Under the pieces are notes generated by a model, which did not search any database, was not told where the DNA came from, and saw nothing but the letters and a program-made list of their open reading frames with translations. Below, in pieces: positions 39,087 to 46,866 of a stretch of 64,000 nucleotides of DNA. Location of the stretch: contig CAWGJT010000013.1 of the NCBI GenBank assembly GCA_963822965.1, forward strand, positions 1-64,000, read 5' to 3'. The first letter of the stretch is position 1. Each line of letters begins with the position of its first letter. The DNA comes from an uncultured delta proteobacterium (GTDB taxonomy: Bacteria; Myxococcota_A; UBA9160; UBA4427). Both the position numbers and the translations under genes were made by a program.

Positions 39087-40157
39087 TCACGCGAGCTCGT
39101 CGAGCGCCGATGGTGTGTCGAGCTCGACGAACGCGGCGGCATAGCGCTGCGCCAGTGCCATCGAGATGTCGGGCCGTTGCCAGCCGCCGTCGTCGGCTGC
39201 CGTCGCGAGCCAGGTCGCGAGACCATGGGCGACCGAGGCTCGGTACCGCAGCCAGGTTTCCTCCGTGCCCGGCCGCTGCGCGGCAGGCAAGTCGAGACTC
39301 GACCGGTACTCCTCCACGAGATCGCGTTCATTCGCTCGCCGATCCTCCTTGGTGATCGCTCCTTGCAGGAAGTACCCCACGTCGATCGACCAATTGGATC
39401 GGCGCGCGACTTGCCAGTCGCGAAAGCCGACGTCGTCGTCTGGAAGCACGTAGGTGTTGCCGATGTGCGCATCCCCGTGGACGAGGGTGGGCGTCGAGGT
39501 CGCCAGCGTCCCGATGAATCGAACCCAATGGTCGTCGACGATCTGCCTTCCGAGTTCGTGTACCTCAGGCGGCACAGTGTCACCCAGTCGCTCGAGCGCG
39601 ATCGGAACGGCGGAGCCCAGCCCCGGCCAGAGGTTGAACGGAGCCAGCCAATTCAGCGCCGGATGGCGTGTCCCCCGCGCACCCCAGAAGTGACCGTGCA
39701 GACGGGCGAGGCCGCGAAGGCCGCTTGCCGCCTGGTCGACGGTCATGGGTCGCGTTGCGTCGCGCGGGTCGGCGCCGCGGGCAACGACGTCCTCCATCAC
39801 CATCACCCAGTCCCTTCCGGGCTCGTCGATCAGGGTCAGGTAGACGAGTGGGTGATCGACCGGCAGCGACACGCCCGAGCTGAAGAGCCGAGGCTCGTGG
39901 AAGAGGCCGCTCGTCGCTTCGACGAGTGCCACGTGCCTGGGATCGACCTTCTTCAGAAAGACGGTCGCCGGACCCGAGCCAGACGCATAGGTCAGCCCGA
40001 GGCGTGCTCGCCGATTGGTTCCGTCGTCGCGCAGCAGCAATGTGACGTCGGCCACCTCGACGCCCAAGTGATGCCGTGAGAGAGCGGCCGTCATCCACGC
40101 CGGGGTGATGTCCTTCCACTCACCAGGAATCCACAAGGCCACGCCGTCCCGCCCCAT
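39087..40157 (-). CDS. APH/ecdysteroid-kinase-like phosphotransferase
   Basis: ITPAWMTAAL, LARLH, LVHGDAHIGN (Brenner motif), DWQ. Confidence 0.85.
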   Translation of the reverse strand: MGRDGVALWIPGEWKDITPAWMTAALSRHHLGVEVADVTLLLRDDGTNRRARLGLTYASGSGPATVFLKKVDPRHVALVEATSGLFHEPRLFSSGVSLPVDHPLVYLTLIDEPGRDWVMVMEDVVARGADPRDATRPMTVDQAASGLRGLARLHGHFWGARGTRHPALNWLAPFNLWPGLGSAVPIALERLGDTVPPEVHELGRQIVDDHWVRFIGTLATSTPTLVHGDAHIGNTYVLPDDDVGFRDWQVARRSNWSIDVGYFLQGAITKEDRRANERDLVEEYRSSLDLPAAQRPGTEETWLRYRASVAHGLATWLATAADDGGWQRPDISMALAQRYAAAFVELDTPSALDELA

Positions 40158-40308
40158 TCACGTCGCGTCGTCGCGATCTCAGCACCCGTGCCGGCGGTAG
40201 TGCGATTCGATCGCAGTCGCGCTGGCCTTCTGGCGTACACCCGCGCGCGGTTCACAAAGGAGGTTAACGGCAGCGGCCTTCTGCGTTCCGGAGCCCATCG
40301 CTCATAGG

Positions 40309-40442
40309 CTCTAACGGATCGGGCTTCAACTGCAACAGACAGCGCTGACCGTCAACGCGATGCCGCAGAGTCCCGACGCCAGAATGCTACCGAACTCAGG
40401 AACGCCCAGCTGTTTGTTGTCAGCTGCAAGCCCTTGTTATGC
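40309..40442 (-). mobile_element. Integron attC site (attC-D)
   Basis: Minus strand GCATAAC-AAGGGCTTGCAGCTGAC...GCAGTTGAAGCCCGATCC-GTTAGAG; imperfect inverted repeat; near-copy of 42138-42272. Confidence 0.85.
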
Positions 40443-40446
40443 GGAA

Positions 40447-40920
40447 CTATGCTTCCCCGTTGTACTGAGGCTGATCAAAGGTTTGCGTCTCGGGATCGAA
40501 GGAGATCCCCCAGAACCAGTCGCCGCCGTCGCAGACTATGACTGCTTCCGTGCGCCAGCTCTGATCGGAGGAGTCGATCCCTTCCGAGTTGTGGAGGAAG
40601 GAGCCGTAGATGAGCCGCCTTCCGTTCGAGACGACACCGACGTACTGGCGGGTGAACTCCTCTAGCCGCGCAGATGGCGCCCGTTGAGCCAATTCAGAGA
40701 GGTAGCCGGGAAGCTTCGCTTCTAGCTTGAGGACATCGGGCTCCGAGGGCAACCAGTAGCCGTCCACGGGACTAACGGTTGGACGAGAGCACTGCTCTAG
40801 GACGTTGGGGGCCTCCGAAACGGGAAGAATGACAACCCCGGGCGGGAGTCGCGAAGTACCGGCTGACGCGCACCCCGCCAGAAGCAGAGCGCAGAGGATA
40901 TGGGTTGTGACTCGATGCAT
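40447..40920 (-). CDS. Lipoprotein gene cassette, hypothetical
   Basis: MHRVTTHILCALLLAGC lipobox; RQYVG...VCDGG motif; bounded by GTTATGCGG / CCGCATAAC cores. Confidence 0.8.
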   Translation of the reverse strand: MHRVTTHILCALLLAGCASAGTSRLPPGVVILPVSEAPNVLEQCSRPTVSPVDGYWLPSEPDVLKLEAKLPGYLSELAQRAPSARLEEFTRQYVGVVSNGRRLIYGSFLHNSEGIDSSDQSWRTEAVIVCDGGDWFWGISFDPETQTFDQPQYNGEA

Positions 40921-40928
40921 CGCGTGCC

Positions 40929-41054
40929 GCATAACGGACATGGTGTTCAGCGGCCTGGCCCGCTGACCGCCAGCGGGACGCCGCCGAGCACCGACGCGAG
41001 AAGCCTACCACGACAGCAGCGGCGCGCTGAGGCCAGGTCCGCTGTAACACCTTG
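40929..41054 (-). mobile_element. Integron attC site with disrupted R'' box (attC-C)
   Basis: Minus strand CAAGGTGTTACAGCGGACCTGGCC...GGCCAGGCCGCTGAACACCATGTCC-GTTATGC; R'' AAC replaced by ATC at the junction. Confidence 0.75.
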
Positions 41055-41167
41055 ATCCTCATTCAGGCCCCCTCCTCGAACCTACTCCACACGGAGTAGG
41101 CTGGTTGGAGCACCACCACCAACCGTTCAAGGAGAGAGCCATGCGATTCTACACCACGACGCACCAG
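41055..41167 (+). mobile_element. Left-end stump of an IS110-family-like element (structured leader + first 9 codons)
   Basis: AAGGAG then MRFYTTTHQ, resembling the MRFYxxxH.. N-terminus of one IS110 transposase clade as I recall it; nested hairpins upstream; abuts attC. Confidence 0.55.
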
Positions 41168-41169
41168 CA

Positions 41170-41226
41170 GCCGGCGAAGGCTGCAGCGACCTCTCCGAGT
41201 GAGGTTAAGACGTCCTCCGGATGCAC
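41170..41226 (-). pseudogene. 5' remnant of a cassette membrane-protein gene
   Basis: Directly after attC R' GTTGGGC: GAGG then GTG-HPEDVLTSLGEVAAAFAG, similar in pattern to the N-terminus of 34428-34916. Confidence 0.5.
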
Positions 41227-41240
41227 GATTTCCTCACGCC

Positions 41241-41405
41241 GCCCAACGGACCCGGCGCTCAGCGGCGAGCGCCGGCCGAGAAGTTGAGAACACGATCGCA
41301 GCCCCAACCCTACCACGAGCCGCCCTCGGGGCGAACGCCCCGTCTGGGCGGCGGTGACCCGGAGCCCACCAGGGGCGCTCGACCGCTGCAGCGCCGATGT
41401 TAGGC
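41241..41405 (-). mobile_element. Integron attC site (attC-B)
   Basis: Minus strand GCCTAAC-ATCGGCGCTGCAGCGGTCGAGCGCC...GGCGCTCGCCGCTGAGCGCCGGGTCC-GTTGGGC; canonical RYYYAAC/GTTRRRY. Confidence 0.85.
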
Positions 41406-41426
41406 CGCGCGCGCTCTTGCTCGAAC

Positions 41427-41455
41427 TTGACGATATGTCTGATGTGACATAGTTT
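41427..41455 (+). promoter_or_regulatory. Sigma70-type promoter with operator palindrome for the TA operon
   Basis: TTGACG-17 nt-TAGTTT; TATGTC-N6-GACATA inverted repeat (41434-41451) overlapping the spacer and -10. Confidence 0.75.
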
Positions 41456-41463
41456 CTCGCGTC

Positions 41464-41811
41464 ATGGCGGACAAGCCCCTCGTCTGGCTCGCGGGGGAGG
41501 TCAAGACGCCTCCATTCAGCCGGGAGGCGCGGATAGAGACCGGGGTGTTGCTGCGACGGTTGCAGCGAGGCGACCGGCTGGGAATGCCCAGCCTAAGACC
41601 AATGCCGAGCGTTGGGCCACGATGTGCCGAACTCCGGGTGCCTGACAAGACCGCGAACTGGCGAATCATGCTGCGGGTGGACGCAGACGCGGTCGTCATA
41701 CTCGAAGTATTCTCGAAGAAGACACGAGCGACGCCCAAGAATGTGATTGAGACGAGCCGAGAGCGGCTGCGGCGCTACGACGGTGCCGTTCAGCCCAGGA
41801 GGAAGCAATGA
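41464..41811 (+). CDS. Type II toxin, RelE/ParE (HigB/Gp49-like)
   Basis: KPLVWL.GEVKTPPFS..AR.E.G.LLRRLQ.G, ELRV, WRI, VILEVFSKKT..TP. Confidence 0.9.
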   Translation: MADKPLVWLAGEVKTPPFSREARIETGVLLRRLQRGDRLGMPSLRPMPSVGPRCAELRVPDKTANWRIMLRVDADAVVILEVFSKKTRATPKNVIETSRERLRRYDGAVQPRRKQ

Positions 41812-42143
41812 AGACAGCCAAGCGCGAACGTGCCGAGGCAGCGGGCTGGCGAGTTGGAAGTGCGGAGGACTTCCTGGGCCTCTCGAAGGAGGAGGCCGCC
41901 TTCGTGGAGATGAAGCTAGCCTTGGCAGACAGCATACGCCGGCGACGCCAAGCCCGGAAGCTGACGCAGACGCAGCTGGCCAAGGCGATCGGGTCCAGTC
42001 AGTCCCGCGTGGCCAAGATGGAGGTTGGAGACCCGTCCGTCTCGATCGACCTTCTGATGAAGACGCTCTTGGCAATGGGAGCGAGCAGGATAGAACTTGC
42101 CAAGGTGATCTCGAGGCGCCGATCCACGACCCGCGCGGCATAA
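41808..42143 (+). CDS. XRE-family HTH antitoxin
   Basis: GWRVGSAEDFLGLS, LTQTQLAKAIGSSQSRVAKME.GDPSVSIDLL; ATGA overlap with the toxin. Confidence 0.9.
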   Translation: MKTAKRERAEAAGWRVGSAEDFLGLSKEEAAFVEMKLALADSIRRRRQARKLTQTQLAKAIGSSQSRVAKMEVGDPSVSIDLLMKTLLAMGASRIELAKVISRRRSTTRAA

Positions 42144-42272
42144 CGGATCGGGCTTCAGCTGCAACAGACAGCGCTGACCGTCAACGCCACGCCACAGAAG
42201 TCCCGATGCCAGAATGCTACCGAATTCAGGAACGCCCAGCTGTCTGTTGTCAGCTGCAAGCCCTTGTTAGCC
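42138..42272 (-). mobile_element. Integron attC site (attC-A)
   Basis: Minus strand GGCTAAC-AAGGGCTTGCAGCTGACAACAGACAGC...GCTGTCTGTTGCAGCTGAAGCCCGATCC-GTTATGC. Confidence 0.88.
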
Positions 42273-42279
42273 GGCGCGC

Positions 42280-42984
42280 TCACACCACCTTCGCGTCGCG
42301 GACGTAAGCGTGAACAATGGCCGGCAGTTCGCGCACGACTCGCTCGCCTTCGCCTGGCATTACGCGGCCACATGCTGCGACGACCAGGTGCTCGAGACCG
42401 GGAAACTTGGCGCCGAGGTTGCCAAGGTTTTCCAGGTTCCTACACCGATGAACCTCAAGCCGGCGCAAGCCTGGCAACGCGGGCAAGGACTCCAGGGTCC
42501 TCGCGTTGGCCCAGTTGATCTGGAGTTCGGTGAGCGAAACGGGAAACTCAAGCTCCGAGAAGTCCTTGGTCTTGGGTCGATAGTGCCAGATATGGAGGAG
42601 CTCAAGGTTGCTGAGGGAACCCAACCCGCGATCGCGGGCCTTGGGTTCAACGATGGCCTTTCGGAGTTTCGGAAATCTGCTGAAGTCGATCGGGGGTCTC
42701 TTCGGATGAACTCCGAAGTACCGAAGGTCCTGGAGTGAGTAGAGACCATCGATATTCTTGAGGTTGATATCCCAAAGCCACACAGCCTCCAGCCATGGCA
42801 CTTCGGTGAGGAAATCGAGGTCTTGGCCAACAAAGCCGTAGCTGGGATGCCCGAGTACCCCTTTGATCCGCTTAGCCCGAACCCGTGCGACACAGTCTTC
42901 TAGCCGGTGTGAGTCAATGGCCAGACAGCTCACGTGCGCGAGGTCGTGGCTGATGTAGAAACCGTCTTCGAGTGCGATCGGCAT
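42280..42984 (-). CDS. Leucine-rich-repeat protein, first gene cassette
   Basis: LxxLxxLxL-type repeats (LSNLELLHI, LTELQI, LPGLRRLEV, FPGLEHLVV); visibly lower GC. Confidence 0.75.
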   Translation of the reverse strand: MPIALEDGFYISHDLAHVSCLAIDSHRLEDCVARVRAKRIKGVLGHPSYGFVGQDLDFLTEVPWLEAVWLWDINLKNIDGLYSLQDLRYFGVHPKRPPIDFSRFPKLRKAIVEPKARDRGLGSLSNLELLHIWHYRPKTKDFSELEFPVSLTELQINWANARTLESLPALPGLRRLEVHRCRNLENLGNLGAKFPGLEHLVVAACGRVMPGEGERVVRELPAIVHAYVRDAKVV

Positions 42985-43000
42985 AGCGTTTCGTCGCGCT

Positions 43001-43018
43001 GGCTAACTACTTATTGAC
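43001..43018 (-). mobile_element. Putative attI recombination site (no integrase in window)
   Basis: Minus strand GTCAATAAGTA-GTTAGCC; AT-rich, no attC hairpin upstream; core complementary to R'' of the first cassette. Confidence 0.6.
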
Positions 43019-43538
43019 CTGCGCCCCAGTCTACCGTGGATTCGGGTGAACCGAGCGCGTGTTGGCTGCATAACCGGGATGCGGGGGACGTGGCTGGGGT
43101 GGGCTTTGCTCCCGGAATCCTTCACGATTCAGGCGCTCTTCCGATGGGAGCGTGCGGTTTTCGCCTGTGCGGGATTGCGCTCGATAAACCGGTGGATTCC
43201 GGGTCCTTCCAGTGGGGCACTTCGGGCCTGGGAGGGGGCTTCCGGAGCCATCACGATGGCCGTCTCGATCGGCCTTGGGCCTGGCGCGCCGGGGGCTGAA
43301 GGAACGAGGCAGAGCGGAGCATACGGGAAGGAGGAGCGGATCGGCGCGGAGCCGGGATCGCCGCTAGGGTGGGAGCGGAGGACGCGGCGTCTTCCCTCGC
43401 GCGCGGCCATGACGCTCGGATCGATGCTGACTCGATACCTTCTCCCTTCGCTCCCGGCGGGGCTTCGCAGACCTCGCGAGCCTCGGCGGCGGCTTCCGCG
43501 GACGGGGCGTCTCGTGGCTCGTCGCGGTCTCCATCGCG

Positions 43539-44915
43539 GTGGCCCCTGCGTTCGGGTGCGACGCGCCCGGGCCGAAGGCGACCGCGAAGGCCGGGGCACC
43601 GAACCTCGTGCTCATCACCCTGGACACGACGCGCGCGGACCGGCTGGGCTGCTACGGCTACGCGCGCGGTACGACGCCCGTGCTCGACGCGCTGGCGGCG
43701 CGGGGGGTGCGCTTCGGGGACGCCGTCGCCCAGGCAACGACGACCCCGCCGTCTCATGCGTCGATCCTGACGGGGCTCGATCCGCCCCGCCATGGGCTTC
43801 GCAAGCTCTACGGGCAGCGTCTCTCGGACGAGAACCTCACCCTGGCGGAGGTCCTGCAGCGGGAAGGCTATACGACGGCGGCCTTCGTGAGCGCGGTGCC
43901 GCTGCGCCACGGGGTGGGTCTCGACCAGGGCTTCGACGTCTACGACGACACCTGGGAGAAGCGCAGCCCGGACCATCCGAGCCACAACGGGATGGCGGGA
44001 GGCACCAACGAGCGGGTGCAGGCGTGGCTCGCCGAGAAGCCGGAGGCGCCGGTCTTCCTGTGGGTCCACTACTTCGACCCCCACTTCCCCTACTTCGCCC
44101 CCGAATCCTTTCGGGAGCGCTTCGGCGTGGGAAGCGTGAAGCGCGAGAATCTTCCGCTGCCCACCGACACCAACCGCGAGCCGGCTCCGGGCAAGACGGT
44201 GTGGCACCCGAAGCCCCGGATGGTGGAGCGCATGTCGAGCCTCTACGACGCAGAGATCGCCTACATGGATGCAGCCGTCGGCGAGCTGCTGGACAGTCTC
44301 CGCGCGGCGGGGCTGCTCGAGAACAGCGTGATCGCGGTGGTGGCCGACCACGGCGAGCAGCTGGGCGAGGGCGGCTACTACTTCGGCCACTGGGACGTCC
44401 TGGACCAGACGGCCCACGTTCCGATGCTGCTCGTCGCCTCCGACGGTCGCTATGCGGGACGGGTGGTCCCCGACACTGTGGGAAGCGTCGACCTGATGCC
44501 CACCGTGCTGGCGTGGCTGGGCGTCGAGGCGCCGCCCGGCCTCGACGGCATCGACCTCTCGCCGCTGCTCGCGGGCGAGAAGGTGGCGCCCCGCACCTAC
44601 TACACCGAGCAGCTCGATTTCTTTCCGGTGCGCGCCGTCCGCGACGGGGACTGGATGCTGCGCCAGGGCGCTCACCGCCTGCAGCGGATCGAGGACGGCA
44701 CCATCCGGCTGGCTCCCAGGACCGCGCCCGCCCCGAGCGAAGCCGCGCCGCCCGGCCCGGAGACGCAATCACGCCTCCAGCGGGCGCTCGACGCATTCGC
44801 CTCTCCGGCCGACGCGCATCCGAGCGAGACCCTGGGGCTCTCCGACGAGGTGCGCGCCGAGCTGCAGGCCCTGGGGTACAGCGACGAGGGGGACGACGCG
44901 GCGCCCGAGCCCTGA
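43539..44915 (+). CDS. Sulfatase-like lipoprotein with Thr nucleophile motif; true start probably further upstream (frameshift)
   Basis: NLVLITLDTTRAD, TTPPSHASILTG, FLWVHYFDPH, YDAEIAYMD, ADHGE, LQALGY tail. The signal peptide WLVAVSIAVAPAFGC extends upstream of the ORF start with no in-frame start codon. Confidence 0.85.
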   Translation: MAPAFGCDAPGPKATAKAGAPNLVLITLDTTRADRLGCYGYARGTTPVLDALAARGVRFGDAVAQATTTPPSHASILTGLDPPRHGLRKLYGQRLSDENLTLAEVLQREGYTTAAFVSAVPLRHGVGLDQGFDVYDDTWEKRSPDHPSHNGMAGGTNERVQAWLAEKPEAPVFLWVHYFDPHFPYFAPESFRERFGVGSVKRENLPLPTDTNREPAPGKTVWHPKPRMVERMSSLYDAEIAYMDAAVGELLDSLRAAGLLENSVIAVVADHGEQLGEGGYYFGHWDVLDQTAHVPMLLVASDGRYAGRVVPDTVGSVDLMPTVLAWLGVEAPPGLDGIDLSPLLAGEKVAPRTYYTEQLDFFPVRAVRDGDWMLRQGAHRLQRIEDGTIRLAPRTAPAPSEAAPPGPETQSRLQRALDAFASPADAHPSETLGLSDEVRAELQALGYSDEGDDAAPEP

Positions 44916-44954
44916 GCGCGGGCGCGGCGGGGAAACGGGTGAACCGGCTCGCGA

Positions 44955-45803
44955 TCAGCCGCGGGCGGCGTCCTTCCGGCGGGCGGCCCGCACCTGCCTT
45001 GCGGCGGCGGGACGCGGCGGCGGCCGCAACGCCGTCGCCAGCACGTGCCAGGCCGCGCGATAGATCTCCGGCGAATCGATCTTCGAGCTGCCCGAGCGGC
45101 GATTCTCGAAGACGATGGGGATCTCGCCGACGCGGAATCCGCAGCGGCACACCCGGAAGGCCATCTCCTCGAGGAACGAGTAGCCCGAAGCCTTGATGCC
45201 GAAGGGCTCGACGGTCTCGAGCACCTCGGCCGAGTAGCAGCGGAAGCCCGCCGTGCAGTCGCGCACCGGCAGCCGCAGCAGGGCGCGGGCGTAGAAGTTC
45301 GCGAAGGCCGACAGCACGCGGCGAAAGAGCGGCCAGTTCTCGATGCCGCCACCGGGCACGTAGCGCGAGCCGATCACCACGTCGTAGCGGTCCATGGCTT
45401 CTAGCATCTGCGGGATGTAGCGCGGGTTGTGGCTGAAGTCGGCGTCCATGGTGAAGATCTGGTCGAAGCTCTGGTCGAGCCCGTAGCGGAATCCCGCGAG
45501 GTAGGCGGTCCCGAGGCCGAGCTTGCCGGGGCGCCGCAGCAGGTGCAGACGCGGCTCGATCCAGGCGCGCTCGGCCACGATCTCGCCCGTCCCGTCCGGG
45601 CTGTTGTCGTCGACGACGAGCACCTCGATGCCCGGCGCCACGGCGAGCACCGCCTCGCACAGGGGGAGGATGTTCTCCGCTTCGTCGTAGGTGGGCAGCA
45701 CGACGAGCGACCGTCGCTGGTCGGCGGGGGGCCGGGCGACAGACCGCACCGGGACGTCTGCGCCGGGGGGCGGGGCGGTCGGATCGGCGGGCGGGGGGGA
45801 CAA
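44955..45803 (-). CDS. Polyprenol monophosphomannose synthase-like GT2 (Ppm1/DPM1-type)
   Basis: LPTYDEAEN, VDDNSPDGTG, GKLGLGTAY, MDADFSH.P, GSRYVPGG, DCTAGFR. Confidence 0.9.
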   Translation of the reverse strand: MSPPPADPTAPPPGADVPVRSVARPPADQRRSLVVLPTYDEAENILPLCEAVLAVAPGIEVLVVDDNSPDGTGEIVAERAWIEPRLHLLRRPGKLGLGTAYLAGFRYGLDQSFDQIFTMDADFSHNPRYIPQMLEAMDRYDVVIGSRYVPGGGIENWPLFRRVLSAFANFYARALLRLPVRDCTAGFRCYSAEVLETVEPFGIKASGYSFLEEMAFRVCRCGFRVGEIPIVFENRRSGSSKIDSPEIYRAAWHVLATALRPPPRPAAARQVRAARRKDAARG

Positions 45804-45967
45804 GCGCGACTTCGACCTCGAGGTCCGAGAGGGCTTCGCAGCCTATCAGGTCCCGCGCGCCAAGTGAAGCCGATCGAAGAAGCCGCGCAGGGTCGCTCGA
45901 CGGCCCGATTCCGGTGCCCGGGGGCGGGCATCGGGGGCCCGGCTGCCGCCCGGAGAGGGGTTCTGAG

Positions 45968-46861
45968 CTAGGACGATCGCGGACGCGCCACCACGAAGAG
46001 GCGGTTCTCCAGGTGCGTCCAGCGGGCTACCACGAAGAGCGATTCGAGCACGAGGCGCATGAAGGGCGAGAGGGTGAGCCGGCGCAGGTCGGTGAGCTCG
46101 CGCTCCATGCGGGTCACCTCGAAGCCCGCTCGCTCGAGCGCCCGGCCCAGGGTGTCGGGCGTGAAGTAGAGGAAGTGCTGCTCGATGTAGAACTTCTCGA
46201 GGGCGCTCGTCGCCCGGCCGCCCGAGAGCCGATAGAAGGCGCCGGCCACCACGTCGAGGATGCTCTTCTGGTTGGGGGTGGAGAGCGCCACGTAGCCGCC
46301 CGGCGCGAGACAGGCGCGCATGGCGTCGAGCACGTCCAGGGGCTTGCGGGCGTGCTCGATGATGTCCCAGCCCGTGATGGCGTCGAAGCGCCGTCCCTCC
46401 GCGTGGAAGTCCTGGAAGTCGCCCACCCAGACGTCGAGCCCGAAGTGCTCACGCGCGTGCTTCGTGGCCTCCACGCTGTCGTCGATGCCGAAGGGCTGCC
46501 AGCCGCGGCGGCGCGCCACCGAGAGGAAGAGCCCCGTCCCGCAGCCCACGTCCAGCAGCGTGCCCGGGGCGCGGTGCGCCTCCAGCTTGTCGAGCCAGCT
46601 CTCGTAGAGCTGCACGAGGGGATTGCCCGGCTCGTCGTCGTAGCAATAGGCGTAGTAGCTCTTCAGCTCGGGCACCGAGCCCTCGCCCGACGTGTAGAGC
46701 CTGGCGAACATCTCGCGAATCTCGTCTGGCGAGAGCAGCGGGTAGAGATAGATCTGGGTGCAGGCGCGACACCGCAGCACCTGGAAGCGGGTGATCCGGT
46801 AACGGAGCTCGGGCGCCTCGTCCCCGCAGATGGGGCATCGCGGGGGGCTGTCGTCGGTCAC
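45968..46861 (-). CDS. Class I SAM-dependent methyltransferase with N-terminal Cys cluster
   Basis: CPICG..CRAC, LLDVGCGTG, WDIIEH, HFLYFTP. Confidence 0.85.
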   Translation of the reverse strand: MTDDSPPRCPICGDEAPELRYRITRFQVLRCRACTQIYLYPLLSPDEIREMFARLYTSGEGSVPELKSYYAYCYDDEPGNPLVQLYESWLDKLEAHRAPGTLLDVGCGTGLFLSVARRRGWQPFGIDDSVEATKHAREHFGLDVWVGDFQDFHAEGRRFDAITGWDIIEHARKPLDVLDAMRACLAPGGYVALSTPNQKSILDVVAGAFYRLSGGRATSALEKFYIEQHFLYFTPDTLGRALERAGFEVTRMERELTDLRRLTLSPFMRLVLESLFVVARWTHLENRLFVVARPRSS

Positions 46862-46866
46862 GGCGC

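Noticed and set aside
40309..42272. ~135-bp direct repeat pair as IS ends, prophage att sites or ncRNA copies
   Set aside because: Better explained as attC sites: core boxes, internal palindromy, position just after gene stops and cassette self-complementarity. The ORFs 40360-40665 and 42155-42373 that cross them are spurious.
43020..43420. Integron integrase gene or remnant upstream of the attI-like site
   Set aside because: No tyrosine recombinase motifs (RHSFATH, SPLD) recognised in any frame I could read
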